Counted from the first letter of the stretch, positions 13,840 through 28,222 are shown. The stretch is 64,000 bases of DNA from Octopus sinensis (GCF_006345805.1 NC_042997.1:98394001-98458000), one strand, 5' to 3'. Made by a program: numbers and translations. The notes: a model not told the origin generated them from the letters alone.

Positions 13840-14125
13840 AGGAGTGTTCACAGCGGATTTCGTTACATCGTCGTTTTGTACGGGCATTTGGTGGTAACCT
13901 CGGGTGAGGTCGAACTTCGAGAAAACAGAACACCCGGATAGCTCGGCTGAGGAGTCCTGTATGTATGCAATGTGGGAGCGATCGAGTGTTGTATCTTCGT
14001 TGAGACGGCGATAATCTCCGCAAGGTCGAGAACCTCCGTTGGCTTTCGGTGCCACATGTGGGGATGACGACCAGAAACTGCTTGATCGGCGAACTATGTC
14101 TAACGTCTCAATATAGTCAAACTCG
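13840..14125 (-). mobile_element. Ty3/gypsy reverse transcriptase fragment
   Basis: SSSFWSS..PKANGGSRPCGDYRRLN..FSKFDLTRGYHQMPV..D..KSAVNTP. Confidence 0.85.
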
Positions 14126-14127
14126 GC

Positions 14128-14277
14128 ATTGTGTGTGTATGTGTGCATGTCTTTGTGTGTGTTCTCCCCCACTATCGCTTAACAATCGGTGTTTGTGTAT
14201 TTACGACCCGGTAACTAAGCAATTCGGCAAAAGACACCGATAGAATAAGTACTAGGCGAAACAAAGAATAAGTACAA
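14128..14277 (+). mobile_element. SINE fragment (family of 17937-18345)
   Basis: Shares ttcggcaaaagacaccgatagaataagtact and upstream sequence. Confidence 0.75.
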
Positions 14278-14279
14278 GA

Positions 14280-15882
14280 AAACAACCTTCAACTTTGCTA
14301 TCCCGATGGTCTGGAGAGAGCCACGAATCCATGTAAATGATTTTTATTTTTGTCTAAAAAATATAACAGGTTTCAATGCCTCTTGTAGAAAAATATTCAA
14401 ATATGCTAACCTTTCATCAGCTATGAGATCTCTCAGACGATCTCCCTGTACATCAGATGAAGAAATGCTTTCAGGGGAAGATTCTGCCAAGCCGATCTCT
14501 TCTGAAAACAATGTCTCTTCTTATTCAGGAGCAAGTGGCAATGAACCCCACTGGATCACGCAGGAAGACCTGAATGCTCTTACGTATCTACCTAAGCAGC
14601 GGTCAGAGCTCCTAGCATCCCGGCTTAAGTAGTGGGACCTGGTCAAGGCAGATGTAAGGATCCCCAGTTTCAGGAAACGGAACCCGGACTTTGCTTGTGC
14701 TACTGCACAAATGTATCTGACTTGCTCACCTTCTTTGGTTTATCACACAATTCTTTTCATAGACTCTTCCAAGCGAAGTCTGAAGGCTGTACCCCTTCAC
14801 AATGGGAATAAATACCTCAGCTTTCCTATTGCCTGCTTAGTCCATTTGAAGGAGTCATACGACAATATGGAACTTCTTTTGGAAGCTGTCAAGTACAACC
14901 AGTACCAGTGGAGTCACTGCGAGACCTCAAAGTCATTGGGCTCCTTATAGGTATGTAAGCGGGCTTCACAAATTACTGTTGCTTTCTCTGTCTCTGTGTC
15001 CAAGCAATAAAAGCAGAAGGAGTGGGGACCTAGGAGCACTTCCTTTTCTTCATATCAAGCTTGGTTTAATGAAGAATTTCGTGATGGCCATGGACAAAAA
15101 TGGCGTTGCCTTCCAACATTTGTGCACTCTGCTCCCACCTCTGTTCTGCTTAGCTCAAAGAGGACATTTTCATTGGACCTGAGATCCGAGAGGTACTGAA
15201 GGATAAGAACCTTGAGGTGCTTCTTACCTTAAAGAAACTGAGAGCATGGGAAGCATTTATATCAGTTTGCCATGGCTTTCTTTGTAATACACGAGTACCA
15301 GATTACCAACAGTGTATCTAGAAGTTGTAACAGTCTAATGAAGATATGGGATGCCGAATGTCTCTCAAAATTCACTTTTTCCAACCCACCTTAACTTCGT
15401 CCCTCCGAAGTTCGGGACAGTGAGTGATGAGCATGGAGAAAGATTCCACCAAGATATTACTGAGATTGAGAACAACTACCGAGGCAAGTGGGACCCCAGC
15501 ATGATGGGGAACTTTTACTGGATGCACTTGTGTGACATCCCGGAGGCAAAGTGCATAGGATCGTCAAAAAAGTCTCACTTCTAACTACCTGCTGTAATAT
15601 GATTTGTGTGTATAGTATTATCCAAGAAATTTACTTTCATCAATGTTGTGTATCTATGCTGTTTTTTTTTTTTTTGGTGGGAAATATGCCTTTGTAATAG
15701 ATGATATGAATACATATTTTGAATTTATATGCATTACAATTAAAATGAGATATGTGAAAGCAAAAATAAACTAGAGGTGATATAGCAAAACTGTTCAGAA
15801 AATTGAATTCACCACATCAAAATTAGTAAAAAACACCTATTCACATCTTTGCTTCAGAGCAAAAAAAAATTGTAAACCAGTG
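14280..15882 (+). mobile_element. Decayed DNA transposon, probably Chapaev3-like (CMC superfamily)
   Basis: WREP..H.ND.YFC, LFIDSSKRSLKAV, LHIKLGLMKNFV, VSDEHGERFHQDI motifs; 3' end finishes in CAGTG. Family name is from recall. Confidence 0.75.
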
Positions 15883-17009
15883 TTCTTAATATAACTGTAA
15901 TAAAGATTTCCTTAAGGGAAGAATCCGAAACAATCATTATTTTAAAATCTAAACAATGATTATAATTGCTTTGTGAATTATTTTCTGTGAAATTAATTCT
16001 TAATTTCTTGAAATTACACCCCCTTATCTTTGAAAATAGTTTGCAAATGCTTGTTTTTCTCTGTCTCTCCAACTAAAAGTCTAGTTACACTTCCTTAAGA
16101 ATTTTTGTTGTACGGCAATCCACGTATCGGAATTACACCGAATATATTATCTGTGTACTTTATAAATGCACATGCCCTAACAAACACATAGATTTATTCA
16201 CGATTCATGCACAACGAGCGCTCAATTTCAGAACAGGTCTTTCTGTATATGTCCCATAGATATTAAATTACAGTTTTTCCTCCGAATGCAGGGTTTAGTA
16301 ACATTTACATATACAATTTATACAGGGAAATATATACATTTGCGTTTATACTTTAGATATACATTTCTACAGGGAAATATATACATTTGTGTTTATAATA
16401 TACAGATGTATGTATATCAAATGTTTAAACACACAAGTGATTAACCGACATAAGCCAGAGTAAATCGAAATTTAAAACGTACATGTAGTCTGTCTCTCGG
16501 TTTAAACGAAATGTACGGGGAATTTTATACTACTTTTGTGAATCAACCAAAACAATTTTAATAGGTTTTTCCACGACTGGTATCACGTCATTAATCACGA
16601 GATCCAGGATTTTTAAGCTCGGACATGCACCGAATATAAGTAGGGACACGAAGTTGGCGACATCGCCGAAACTCTTTATAATAACTTCTTTCGACATTTT
16701 CGTATAATCATTCGGATTTAAGTTCATTAAAAATGCAAATATAAATAGCAGGATTCAGTTATCTTGTGTTATATTAAATAAACACACACACACACACATA
16801 CACTGACACTACTCAGTACAGCTGCACACACAAAATTCACGCGAACACATACACACACATGCAATCCCAAATCCTTCCAAACATACATTCATACATCCAC
16901 CTACCCACACAACAACAGCACTGATAAGCGGGTAAGATACGTCGTCAAAATGAAAGCTCTCTAGATTAAGCATCAACACATGGATATACAACAACAAAGA
17001 AACAACCAC

Positions 17010-17092
17010 AATGCTACAGTGGTGATGAACAAGTCTGACTACTCGAAAAAACTGGCAAGTCTTATGAGTGATGGTAGCTACAGCAAAGTAAA
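17010..17092 (+). mobile_element. Short Penelope RT N-terminal fragment
   Basis: NATVVMNKSDYSKKLASLMSDGSYSK resembles the segment following the PLE ADKG motif. Confidence 0.5.
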
Positions 17093-17200
17093 TAATTTGT
17101 TTTTTTTCGTAAACTCTCCCTATATATATATATAGTTATGTACACGCACTCACACAGGACACCCAAGTACATACATACATGCATATATGTATATATGTTA

Positions 17201-17678
17201 AAGAGACAGAACCACCTTGAAGCAACTCAAACAACGCTGAACGCATTGACTATGATAGAGATATATAAGATTAACTTTTATCAAAATTAATATCTACAAT
17301 TACTACTATTCTGAATGATATATTAAATTGAATTATTTAGACCAAATAACTTAATTTACTATTTGACATAAATATCATGAAATTAGTATTAGCTTATTTC
17401 ATTCTGTCTCGCAGAACCCCTCGGAACCTTTTGCGGAAGCCCGGTTGAGAAATGTTGCCCTAGGCCTTCAGGACACGAAATCGAAATTAGCCTTTTTGAT
17501 TGTGGGTAAATGTAAATAATATCATTAACTGGATTTAGACCTAAATACTTTAATTTAAAACATGATTCAGAATAGTAATTGTAGATATTAATTTTGATAA
17601 AAGGTAATCTTATATATCACCATCGTAGATAGGGTCGTTCAGTGTTGTTTGAGTTGCTTGAAGGTGGTTCTGTCACTT
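17201..17678. repeat. Imperfect inverted repeat, ~140-bp arms
   Basis: aagagacagaaccaccttgaagcaactcaaacaac... pairs with ...gttgtttgagttgcttgaaggtggttctgtcactt. The spacer 17403-17535 recurs at 18874-19005. Confidence 0.85.
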
Positions 17679-17683
17679 AAACC

Positions 17684-17723
<40 letters not shown>

Positions 17724-17813
17724 ATACAGCGAGAAATTGAATTTCCCTCTAAATTGAATTTCTCTCCACTGTGGACTCGGAAATAATTTACCTAATATTA
17801 ATAATTATATATA

Positions 17814-17867
<54 letters not shown>

Positions 17868-17936
17868 ATATTGTTATATTTCGGAATGGTCATATTGCCA
17901 GTTTAAACGTACTATATATATATATATATATATATA

Positions 17937-18101
17937 GGCGCAGGAGTGGGTGTGTTGTAAGTAGCTTGTTTACCAACCACATGGTTCCGGGTTCAGTCCC
18001 ACTGCGTGGCACCTTGGGGAAGTATCTTCTACTATAGCCTCGGGCCGACCAAAGCCTTGTGAGTGGATTTGGTAGACGGAAACTGAAAGAAGCCCGTCGT
18101 A

Positions 18102-18139
<38 letters not shown>

Positions 18140-18343
18140 TGTGTGTGTTTGTCCCCCCAACATCGCTTAACAACCGATGCTGGTGTGTTTACGTCCCCGT
18201 CACTTAGCGGTTCGGCAAAAGAGACCGATAGAATAAGTACTGGGCTTACAAAAGAATAAGTCCCGGGGTCGATTTGCTCGACTAAAGGCGGTGCTCCAGC
18301 ATGGCCGCAGTCAAATGACTGAAACAAGTAAAAGAGTAAAAGA

Positions 18344-18345
<2 letters not shown>
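17937..18345 (+). mobile_element. Full-length tRNA-derived SINE with internal (TA)n/(TG)n
   Basis: B-box-like ggttcagtcc and a (gtaaaaga)n tail; near-identical copies at 26866-27210 and 30292-30700. Confidence 0.9.
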
Positions 18346-18381
<36 letters not shown>

Positions 18382-18510
18382 TATATACATATATATATAT
18401 ATCTATATATATATATATAATTATATATATATATATAATATATATATATATAATATATATATATAATATATATATAATATATATATATATATTATATTAT
18501 ATATATATAT

Positions 18511-18542
<32 letters not shown>

Positions 18543-18741
18543 ATATGCTGTAGGGAGAAATTACATACCATGCTTACATGAGAATTAACGACTTAGAGCA
18601 ATTCTTTCTCAAACATTTTACACCTGCGTAACACTTGACATAAATTACACGCCTCAAGGAACCCCTGCACAAAAAATATTATATACCATATCTTTCTCAT
18701 CGTAGTTCACGTGGTAAATATCCTATATACATACATACGCG

Positions 18742-18807
<66 letters not shown>

Positions 18808-20018
18808 GTATGCATTGCCCATATAATGTGCATATATACTAATATTACTATCATTAACATTAGCGTATCTCACTCTGTCTCGCAGGACTCCTCGGAATCT
18901 TTTGCGGAAGCCCTGTTGAGAAATGTTGCCCTTGGCCTTCAGTACAGGAAATCGAAATTAGTCTTTACATTGTGTGTAAATGTAAATAATATCATTTACT
19001 GGATTTTACTGCTCATTAAATACGGTTTATTAGTAAATACTTTAAATACGGTAACTGCTAGTTAAATTATTTAACGTCAAACTTAAACTGATAAATAATC
19101 AGCAAAAGTGATGAATGAATAGTTTCATTTTGATATTGTGAACATAAATTGAAGTAAATAATTACTGAATGTAAAGATGAAATCAATAACAATAACCAAA
19201 AACAAACACAAATCACGTAATTGGATGCCATCAAGAAATATGGTTTAAACTATTGTCAAATACGTTTAAAAAATAGAAGCACTTAAATAATTGTATTATG
19301 ATTGAAAATACTTAACTTGGATCGTTTTATATTCTCCCTTAATAAAGACTTACATCAGTAATTTTCTTGGGAATATAGATAGTGTTTTTAGTGTCGGTGG
19401 CGGTGGTGACAGAGGAAAAAATGATATGTCCAAGGCTGGAATAACTTCGGTAACCCGAATCAAGAACGACTTGAGGCTGAACAAAAACTACTATAACAAT
19501 AATAGCAAGTAAAAAGAAGCCTCGATCTCTCAGAATGGTCTAATTGTATAGGGTCAATGGCAGTTTTCGAATTAGCTGCAAAAGATTGGAAAATATGCGT
19601 TTGAGTATTGCGTGTGTGTATTTTTACGTGCGTATGTGTCAGTATATGTGCGTAGATGTACGCCTTAGTGGGCGTATTTATGCATTTGCGTGTGTGTAAG
19701 TGTATGCAAATAATCTTCGACACGTGAGTGACTGTAGTTTAAAGAAAGATAGGATGGGCTGCATAAGGATATAAATAAATGATAGACTAACGCACTGAAC
19801 TTCGGAACTAGCTGGAATTTGATTAAATGTGATATGCCGCTTGACGTAACAAACAGGTCACATGTTAAATTGTTTCATTGTAAAGGTGGCAGGTTGTGTA
19901 TCAAACAGTTCATAAATTGTTGGTAATCTTTAAGTGTTCCTTTTCAATACTATACGTACACACACACATATATACATGCATGAAAAGAATAAACAGGTGT
20001 GTCTCAGTGTTTGAGTGT

Positions 20019-20092
<74 letters not shown>

Positions 20093-20136
20093 CATATATA
20101 GCTAGCTAGCTAGATAGATAAATAGGTAGATAGATA

Positions 20137-23100
20137 ACTTTTTATTGTAGCCGCACAGGGCTAAACACAGAATAAAAATGGACGAAATACAATGTAGAAT
20201 TTTTTCTTTTCGAGGTGGGATGGGTGGGGCACCCCCCCTGATCAATAGGGATCTGTGGGTTGTGTGGTGTATAAAAAGCAATATATATATATATATATCA
20301 GGTTCACAGTTTAGGTGTAGCCTTGGAAAGTAAACCTACAAAAAAGACCAAGACAGTTCGAAAATGAACACATGAGTAAGTCGCCTTACTTCTCGTTGTC
20401 TCTTTTGGTTACAGATTTATGCTTGAAATAGTGTCGTCTTTCATACTGACCATTTTTGCCACTTTTACCCACTTTTTATTAAAACATTCGTTCGACAAAG
20501 CCTTCCTCTCTATTCTCATCCTCCTTTTCAAGTGGTATTTGAAAAAGTTGACGAGAGACTGACCAGAGAGGAAGGTGTTTGTTTGTAGTCCTTTCAAACG
20601 CGTCCACCACACACATTCTTTCGCCATAGCCATCAGCGTAACGAAAACCGTTTTTCCTTCCCGTTTAAAGGAAGGTGGTGGAACAATATACACGATAGAC
20701 TCGGCCGATAGGCGGGCCCGACCTACACGTGACAACAGTTGTTCGACGAAGGTCCACAGCTCTGAAATATCTGGACACTGCACGAGTGTGGGCAGAACGG
20801 TTTCGTCGCTCTGACCGCATCTCGGGCAGGTCGGTCCGGTGATGGTTTTCGAACCGTGTCTGTAGCTCTTCTCTCGAACAGGTAGTGCGTCTCGATAGCA
20901 CTGCCAAGCCAGGGATTTCTGGAAGTTATCCATAGGCCCCGGCACGAACGTCATCCTGAACAGGCGGGTTAGGAATTTTTCGTCGACGCCCAGGTTTGCC
21001 CCGAGTGTGTCGTCGGACCTCCCCTCCACTAGTCCTCTATAGAACGCTTTAGTCGTTTGTAAGTTGCACAAGTTTGACCCCGGTCGGCAGAGCTGCTGTA
21101 GAGCTTGGCGACACTCTCGGTGCCAATCGCCCAGTTTCGGTCTCTTCTTGATCCACGTTTGCAGTTCGGCCAGTGAGACGAGCTGCGGGAAGGCGCGCCT
21201 CACAAACGGCGCCCACACCTGTTCACCGTCGTCGAAGAAGTTCCAGAGATGTCGCAGTATCAGCGCATGCCTGCGCATCATCAACCACGTCATGCCCAGT
21301 CCTCTATTCAACGGATGTTGACAGCAAATGGACTTCCTCACCATCGGAACGCCACCCTTCCACAGGAAGCGGAAGAATATGCGTTCCAGTTTGGTGATGG
21401 TGGCGTCGGGACAAGGTACGACGGTCAGGCGGTAATCGATGACGGATGCAATGTACGCGTTCGCCACCTCCGCCCGGCCTTTTAGAGACAGCTTTCTCTC
21501 GGCCCATGTTTGGCTGAGAGCGACCACTCTATTCGTAATCTCGTCCCAGTTCTTATCCATTTGGAGGTCCGGACTGAACCAGACCCCGAGCAATTTAACC
21601 GGTCCGTCCGTCCAGCGTCCCGCTACTGAGCCGCAGTTGGACGGCATGGGCTTGCTTCTCCAGGTGCCGAGTAGCAAACCCACTGACTTTTCCGGGTTAA
21701 CCTTCGCTCCCGTCACCGTTTCGTATTTTCTTAGTGTCTCGCCTATCATCTGGATGTGTTTGTCGCTCGACACTATGACGGTGACATCGTCCGCATATGC
21801 CGACACGCTCGTCCCGCAACCCAGTTCCCGTGAGATGCCCCTCAGTGTCGCCAGCTTCCGCAGTAGCGGCTCGAGAGTCAATATATACAGAAGCGCCGAC
21901 AGGTGACCGTTCACCCGAATCACCGATCGGAAGCCGCTATACAAGGCAGCGATCCAACCGCGGAAAACGGGACCGAAGCCAGCCGCCCTGAGGACGGCCG
22001 CCAAGTACCGATGGTCGACCCTATCGAAGGCTTTAGACTGATCCAAATTGATCAGCGCCCCACCCATGCCAGGATCCTTAACTACCCTGTCCACAATGTA
22101 GCGCATCAGATGGAGGTTGTCATGTATGGTTCTGCCCGGCACGGTGCATGTTTGCGCCCTGTCGACAAGTTTACCAATGACAAGCGCCAACCTTTCGGCT
22201 ATTACTTTGGCCAAAATTTTCAAATCTGCGTTGAGCAGAGTGATGGGCCTGAAATTATCTATAAAATTCCCCTTGTTTGGGTCTTTCTTTAGCAACGTCA
22301 CTGCACCTCGGCTCACGAAACCGGGGATTCTCCCGTTTTGTTGCCAGTTGCAGTAGACTGATGCCAAGAGGTCGCCAAACAAGTCTGGCATTTGACAATA
22401 CAGCTCGTAGGGTAAACCATCCAATCCAGGCGACTTATCCCTCGCGCAGCCCGCCATCGCATCCCGCACGTCAGCGGCTGTGATGGGACTTTCACAACAC
22501 TCCGCTTCTCTTGCCGAGAGCCGCGGCAGGTCGGTCAAGTAGGCACTGAAATCCATCCCGCGTTCCGACCCACCACTCGCACCAAACAGTCGAGCAAATT
22601 GCTGTTGAAAGGCCTCACACATCCTTTCGGGTTCGAGTAAACTGCATCCCTGTTGATCTATTAGAGACCGAATGGTGGCTCTGTTGCCACGCTGCGCCTC
22701 CGCTACCCGGGCCTCTCGCGCAGCTTCGATCCCTTCGTTCCTTAAGGCACGCATTTTAGCTCTGACGACGCAACCTTCGTGCTTGTCGTTGAGGTGTTGG
22801 TGGAGGGCCATCCTCGCAGCCAGCACGTTGGTTGCTCTGCCAGTGGTAAGTGCCTCTTCTAGTTTCTTAACCAGGTCTCCCTCTTCTCTATTTCGATCTA
22901 TCGCTAATTCCTTGCTAAACCTAATTGATTCCGATTTTATTGCCATTTTCAGGGCGTACCACCTGAAGCGGTTGTTAACGACGGCTCCCGTCAGCGCCCT
23001 CTTAATTAACTCGCTAATCCGGTTCCTGTAAACCTGTCGCGCTAAGAGCGACGTGTTCAGTTTCCAGTAACCGGGACCCTGTCTATGTGTCTTATCTAAG

Positions 23101-24847
23101 TCGAGCGTACACGTCACAAATTTGTGATCTGTGTAACTGACTATTTTAAATTGTGGACATCCTACACTATCCCTATCCGCTGTCCTGCATAGAATTCTAT
23201 CTAGATAAGATCTCGACGATCCGACGCGGTTTGTCCAAGTCCACGTTGGCACGTTCGGATGGTCGAGTCAGAACCTGTCAGACAAATGGAAACGTCTGAG
23301 TCGGTCTTTGAGGCACTTACACCCCCTTCTATTCCTATCCATTCCCACATAATCTAGATGCGTGTCCAAGGTAGCGTTCCAATCCCCTACTAACAGTAAA
23401 GGTCTAGACGTACCCAGGAAAACCTCTAGACGCCTGAAGAAATCCGCCCGACTCGTTAAGGACGGTGCATAAACTGCCATCAGACGGAATGCACACCCAT
23501 TTCTGCCATCCACGTCCAAGACAACCAGCCTACCGTCCGGGTCTAGGAATATTGTTCTTACTTTTACATTTAGACTCTTTCGAAAAAGCACCGCGGTACC
23601 TCCACCACCCATGTTCGGCAGACAAGGGGAAAAATAAATGTCAAATTGATCGCCAAACATGAACGCGAGGGCCCGCGGCTTGCTGAGTCTAGTTTCACTG
23701 ATAGCTACTATATCCACGTTCAGTGACTTGATGTCGTTTAGAAGGTAACCTTGCTTCCAAGCCGACGCCAAGCCACGCGCATTAACACAACCTAATTTAA
23801 GCATAATTGACGTTTACGAAAATTGTGTTTCAGACACTACATTGGAAGAGACAAGAGGCAAGAGGGAAGGTCACTTACTCATTTCGAAAGTTTCATTTTT
23901 TTCTTCTTCTTTTGTAGTGTCTTTGATGGGGTGTTTGTATAGTTTTTTGGAGAGGTATCGTTGAAACCTGCCTACCGCATTTGGAAATATTGTTTTCAGT
24001 GTATGGTGTTGTGTTTGTGTTATGTGTACAATTCTTATGTGTTTCGGTGGTGTGGTGCGCGAATGATTGTTTGTCTTAAAGTCATCTTCACAGATGTCCG
24101 TGTTGGATGCAATGTAATCCATTAATTTTTTATTGTCTGTGTCTATTGCAGTTAGTTGTGTGTGTGGTTTTGCGGGTTCATTGATTTTTTTATTGTCTAG
24201 GGGGATGCTGTCCGGAGTTAAATATCTCCCTGCTTTACTTCCTTGTTTGGTGGGCTTTTTTGATCTTTTCATTTTACCCCCTGTGGCTATTTGCCATTCC
24301 GTCGAACTTTCGTCGTCCGACGAATCAGAAGGGGGTAAAGGCAAAGCATTTGCGTTAATATGTATGCTTGTAGAAATTGATGATGTTTTGTGCGGTGTTT
24401 GTGTTGTTGTGGTGTTAGGGGTAGAATTTTCTTCTCGTCACTGGTTTCTGTCTTTTTAATTGTCGTCCTCGGTGTTGGTGTTGGTCTATCTTTTGGTTCA
24501 GCATGCTGAATTGGTTGCGGCGTTAACAGTGATTGTGTTAGTGTTGGTGTTGGTGTTGGCAACAAGGGTTTTTTTTTATTTGTTTTCTGATTTGTTCTTT
24601 CTTGTTTTTTCTGTGCCAGAACGCACTTGGCAATTAAATGTTCTGGGCTGGCACAGTTGTAGCATCTAGGCTTTTTGCCTTCTGCTACAACATATAGGCT
24701 TTGCCCATTTTCTAAGTGGATCCTATCAGGTAGGTTCTCGATAGAGGACGCCTCAATCTGGATGGTCACTACTATTGTTTTTCCACCCCAATTGTCGTTT
24801 CTGTATACGGCAGTCTCTAAAATATTTATATTTTTCAAATGGTAACA
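20137..24847 (-). mobile_element. Near full-length L1/Tx1-clade LINE (inactive)
   Basis: ORF1 remnant with CCHC knuckle CYNCASPEHLIAKC; ORF2 with APE (NARGL, SET, GDWN, YLDR, TDH), RT (FRPITLLN, DQSKAFD, AYADD) and C-terminal CPRC; 3' UTR with AATAAA next to (TCTA)n. Confidence 0.93.
20409..23804 (-). pseudogene. Tx1 ORF2 (APE-RT) with one in-frame stop and an RT deletion
   Basis: ORFs 23268-23804 and 20409-23252 are in the same frame, split by TGA at 23268-23270. The QG motif is missing at VNGHLS|ALLYIL. Confidence 0.88.
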
Positions 24848-25524
24848 GAAATATAACAAGTAACTGCAGAATATGTGGAGATGGACAAGAAACAATAAAT
24901 CATGTTATCCCTGGCTGCCCAGTCCTGGCTAACAAGGAATATATTCACAGACACGACAGAGTTGGGACCTACATACACTGGAAGCTATGCCAACATTATG
25001 GAATAACAACAGAAAAAAGATGGTATAGGCACACACCAGAAAAGGTCACAGAAAACGAGAAAGCAACCATACTCTGGGATATGCCAATACACACAGAGAA
25101 ATTAAGGCCAATAGGCCAGATGTAGTTGTCAGAGATCATGAAGAAAAAAATTGCTTTTTAATTGATATATCAATACCAGCAGATGACAACGTTTCTCTAA
25201 AAGAAATGGAGAAACTTTCAAAATACAAAGACCTGGAAATAGAGGTAACTAGAATGTGTAATCTAAAAACAGAAACAATTCCTATCATAGTAGGTGTATT
25301 AGGCATTATAAAAAAATATTCAGACAAATACATAACAAAAGCACCATGATTTACAAACACATATAACATACAGAAAATTGCACAACTAGGCACTGCACAC
25401 ATCCAACGCAGAACAATTTCAATACAGTAACCATCAGAGCATCACAACAAATCACAGCACATACCTGAGGCACACAGAGCTGCACTCGGTAGTGAAGTGA
25501 AATCACGCTATAAAAATAGAACTA
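24848..25524 (+). mobile_element. R4/Dong-like non-LTR element 3' end (CCHC + restriction-like endonuclease)
   Basis: CRICG..ETINHV..GC..YIHRHD, then RPDVVV..LID; ends at (AAT)n 25527-25708. Confidence 0.85.
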
Positions 25525-25525
25525 G

Positions 25526-25650
<125 letters not shown>

Positions 25651-25671
25651 TATAAAAATAAAAATAATAAA

Positions 25672-25702
<31 letters not shown>

Positions 25703-25708
25703 TAATAA

Positions 25709-25840
25709 TAAACATCGAAAGATACCCTAGGAATGAGAACTCAGGTTCGAAACTTCCCCAAGGCACCTGATGAAGGCTGGAGGGTTGTGCTGACAACAAA
25801 CAAGATGAGGACAAATATCCGTCAAATGTAAATAGTGTAA
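25709..25840 (+). repeat. Partial copy of the HHR module at 38066-38207 with GAAAC deleted
   Basis: aacatcgaaa..acacCTGATGAaggctggaggg|ttgtg..aacaagatgaggacaaatatccgtcaaatgtaaata is shared. Confidence 0.8.
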
Positions 25841-25848
25841 TATATATA

Positions 25849-25913
<65 letters not shown>

Positions 25914-26011
25914 ATATTAATTAGAGACAAAACCACTATTATGCAAATCAAACAAAGAAAGACTTAAGCCAATACATAAAATAATTTATATAAATTAAAT
26001 ATAATTAAAAT

Positions 26012-26065
26012 AACCACTACGATCGTTTCGTGTCAGCACTTCTATGAGACATTCGTCAGGTGGTT
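26012..26065 (-). ncRNA. Minimal type I hammerhead ribozyme
   Basis: aaccac-CTGACGA-atgtc...gacac-GAAAC-gatc-GTA-gtggtt: 6-bp stem I, palindromic stem III acgatcgt. Confidence 0.9.
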
Positions 26066-26865
26066 TCAAAACCTAAAATATAATCAATATTTTTAAGATA
26101 TAAATAATCTATATAATCTAAATAAAAATTTACTTATAAAAAACTCTATTATTAAATATGATTATATCGAAATCGACTATAATGTTAAATATTAACTTAT
26201 AAGGTAGAAAATCCATATTCTAATATCCAATTTAGTCTATATCTACTTATATAGATATTTGAAATGACTAATATATATAAATTATCAATGAAAATATATA
26301 TAAATATTATAATCAAGATCTAAAATAAACTCTATAAACGATTGTATATAATGAAAACCTAATATATTTAAACTCTCATATATAAAGATGAAATAGCTAA
26401 TTTCAAAAAACAAAAAATAAAAAATATATATACACACATGCTCATGCACATATATACATGTATGTATATAAACATATCTAAATACGTACACAAACTCACA
26501 CACACATATATATATATATACATACACATAAACATATAGACACAGATATATTTATAATACAGCTCTATACTTCTACAAATTACTTATTCATACTCCCACA
26601 CACACACATACAATCACTCATTCATAAACATATACTCTCAGCATGACACTAACACAGAGGAGAAATAACATCCAGTAGCCGCAGATACTCAACCACATAC
26701 TTATAGAAATATTTCATTCTTAGTAAAATATTATTAAATACTATATACTATATATACGTAATAAACATATATATTTGCATTTTTTAGCTTTCCGTGACTA
26801 TAATTAAACTCATCAAAAGAATGCCATTGTGAACATCTGAAGCGTAAGAGTTTTCAGACGTTTAG

Positions 26866-27415
26866 CTTCTTTACCAACCACATGGTTCCAGATTCAGTCC
26901 CACTGCGTGGCACCTTGGGCGAGTGTCTTCTACTATAGCCTCGGGCCGACCAAAGCCTTGTGAGTGGATTTGGTAGACGGAAACTGAAAGAAGCCCGTCG
27001 TATATATGTATATATATATATGCGTGTGTGTGTTTGTGTGTCTGTGTTTGTCCCCCTAGCATTGCTTGACAACCGATGCTGGTGTGTTTATGTCCCCGTT
27101 ACTTAGTGGTTCGGCAAAAGAGACCGATAGAATAAGTACTGGGCTTACAAAAGAATAAGGCCCGGGGCCGAGATGCTCGATTAAAGGCGGTGCTCCAGCA
27201 TGGCCGCAGTCACACACACACACAAACACACACACACAGACACACACATATATATGGCACAGGAGTAGCTGTGTGATAAGTAGCTTGCTTACCAACCACA
27301 TGGTTCTAGGTTCAGTCCCACTGCGTGACATCTTGGGCAAGTGTCTTCTACTATAGCCTCGGGTCGACCGTGTGAGTGGATCTTGTAGACAGATACTGAA
27401 AGAAGCCTGTCGTAT
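26866..27415 (+). mobile_element. Two tandem SINE copies (second one partial)
   Basis: Homology to 17937-18345. Confidence 0.88.
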
Positions 27416-27417
27416 AT

Positions 27418-27791
27418 CAGGGTCGTGCTACCTCGGTAGGCAAGTGCCTACCCTGAATGAAATAGAATGATAGTGACTTTTTGCCTTTATGGCAAAATAT
27501 GTATCTAATTCAGTAAAATTATGAAGGTTATTCTGATTATTATGCATAAAATGCAAAATATATTTTTTTCCGTAGATTAGGTAGGCATAATTCGCCCCTA
27601 CCTTTCAATCTCAGTATTAAAACCAAGTATAGAACTGCTGTAGTACACGTGCTGCGTACATTCCTACAACAACGTGTTTTACGCGCTATTAAGACAGAAG
27701 TAAATCTACCTTCAACTCAGTCGCGAGCCTGTTTTACTACATATACGTCACCAACTACCTACCCTGAGTTATTACTCACGGCACGTGCCTG
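27418..27791. mobile_element. Possible hAT-like MITE inserted in a SINE
   Basis: Ends cagggtcgtgc / gcacgtgcctg (9 of 11 complementary); internal ctaccctga repeated; TSD unclear. Confidence 0.5.
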
Positions 27792-27863
27792 GTATACATA
27801 CATACATACATACATACATACATACATACATACATACATACATGCATGCATACATACATACAT

Positions 27864-27913
<50 letters not shown>

Positions 27914-28171
27914 GTATCTTGGGGAAAAAGTCGCCAGAATTTTGGAACAAAATCTTTTAATTTCTTCATGATTATTAGCGCTGTCGTTCGTTTCTGGAAC
28001 TTGTCAAATAAAATTTTGGGAATGTACAAAACAGATGATTTTTGGGGGGTTTGTTTAGAAGAGAACATTGTTTTTCTTTTTGGGGTGGGGTTCCATTGAC
28101 AATGGAAATGGATAGATAGAAATATAGGTAGGTAGATAGATAGGCTGCTAGATAGATAGAAGATAGATAGT

Positions 28172-28222
<51 letters not shown>

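Noticed and set aside
16321-16397. ~30-bp direct repeat tacagggaaatatatacatttg x2
   Set aside because: Simple local duplication with no further structure.
20575-23031. + strand ORFs overlapping the Tx1 element
   Set aside because: Antisense shadows of a GC-rich ORF2.
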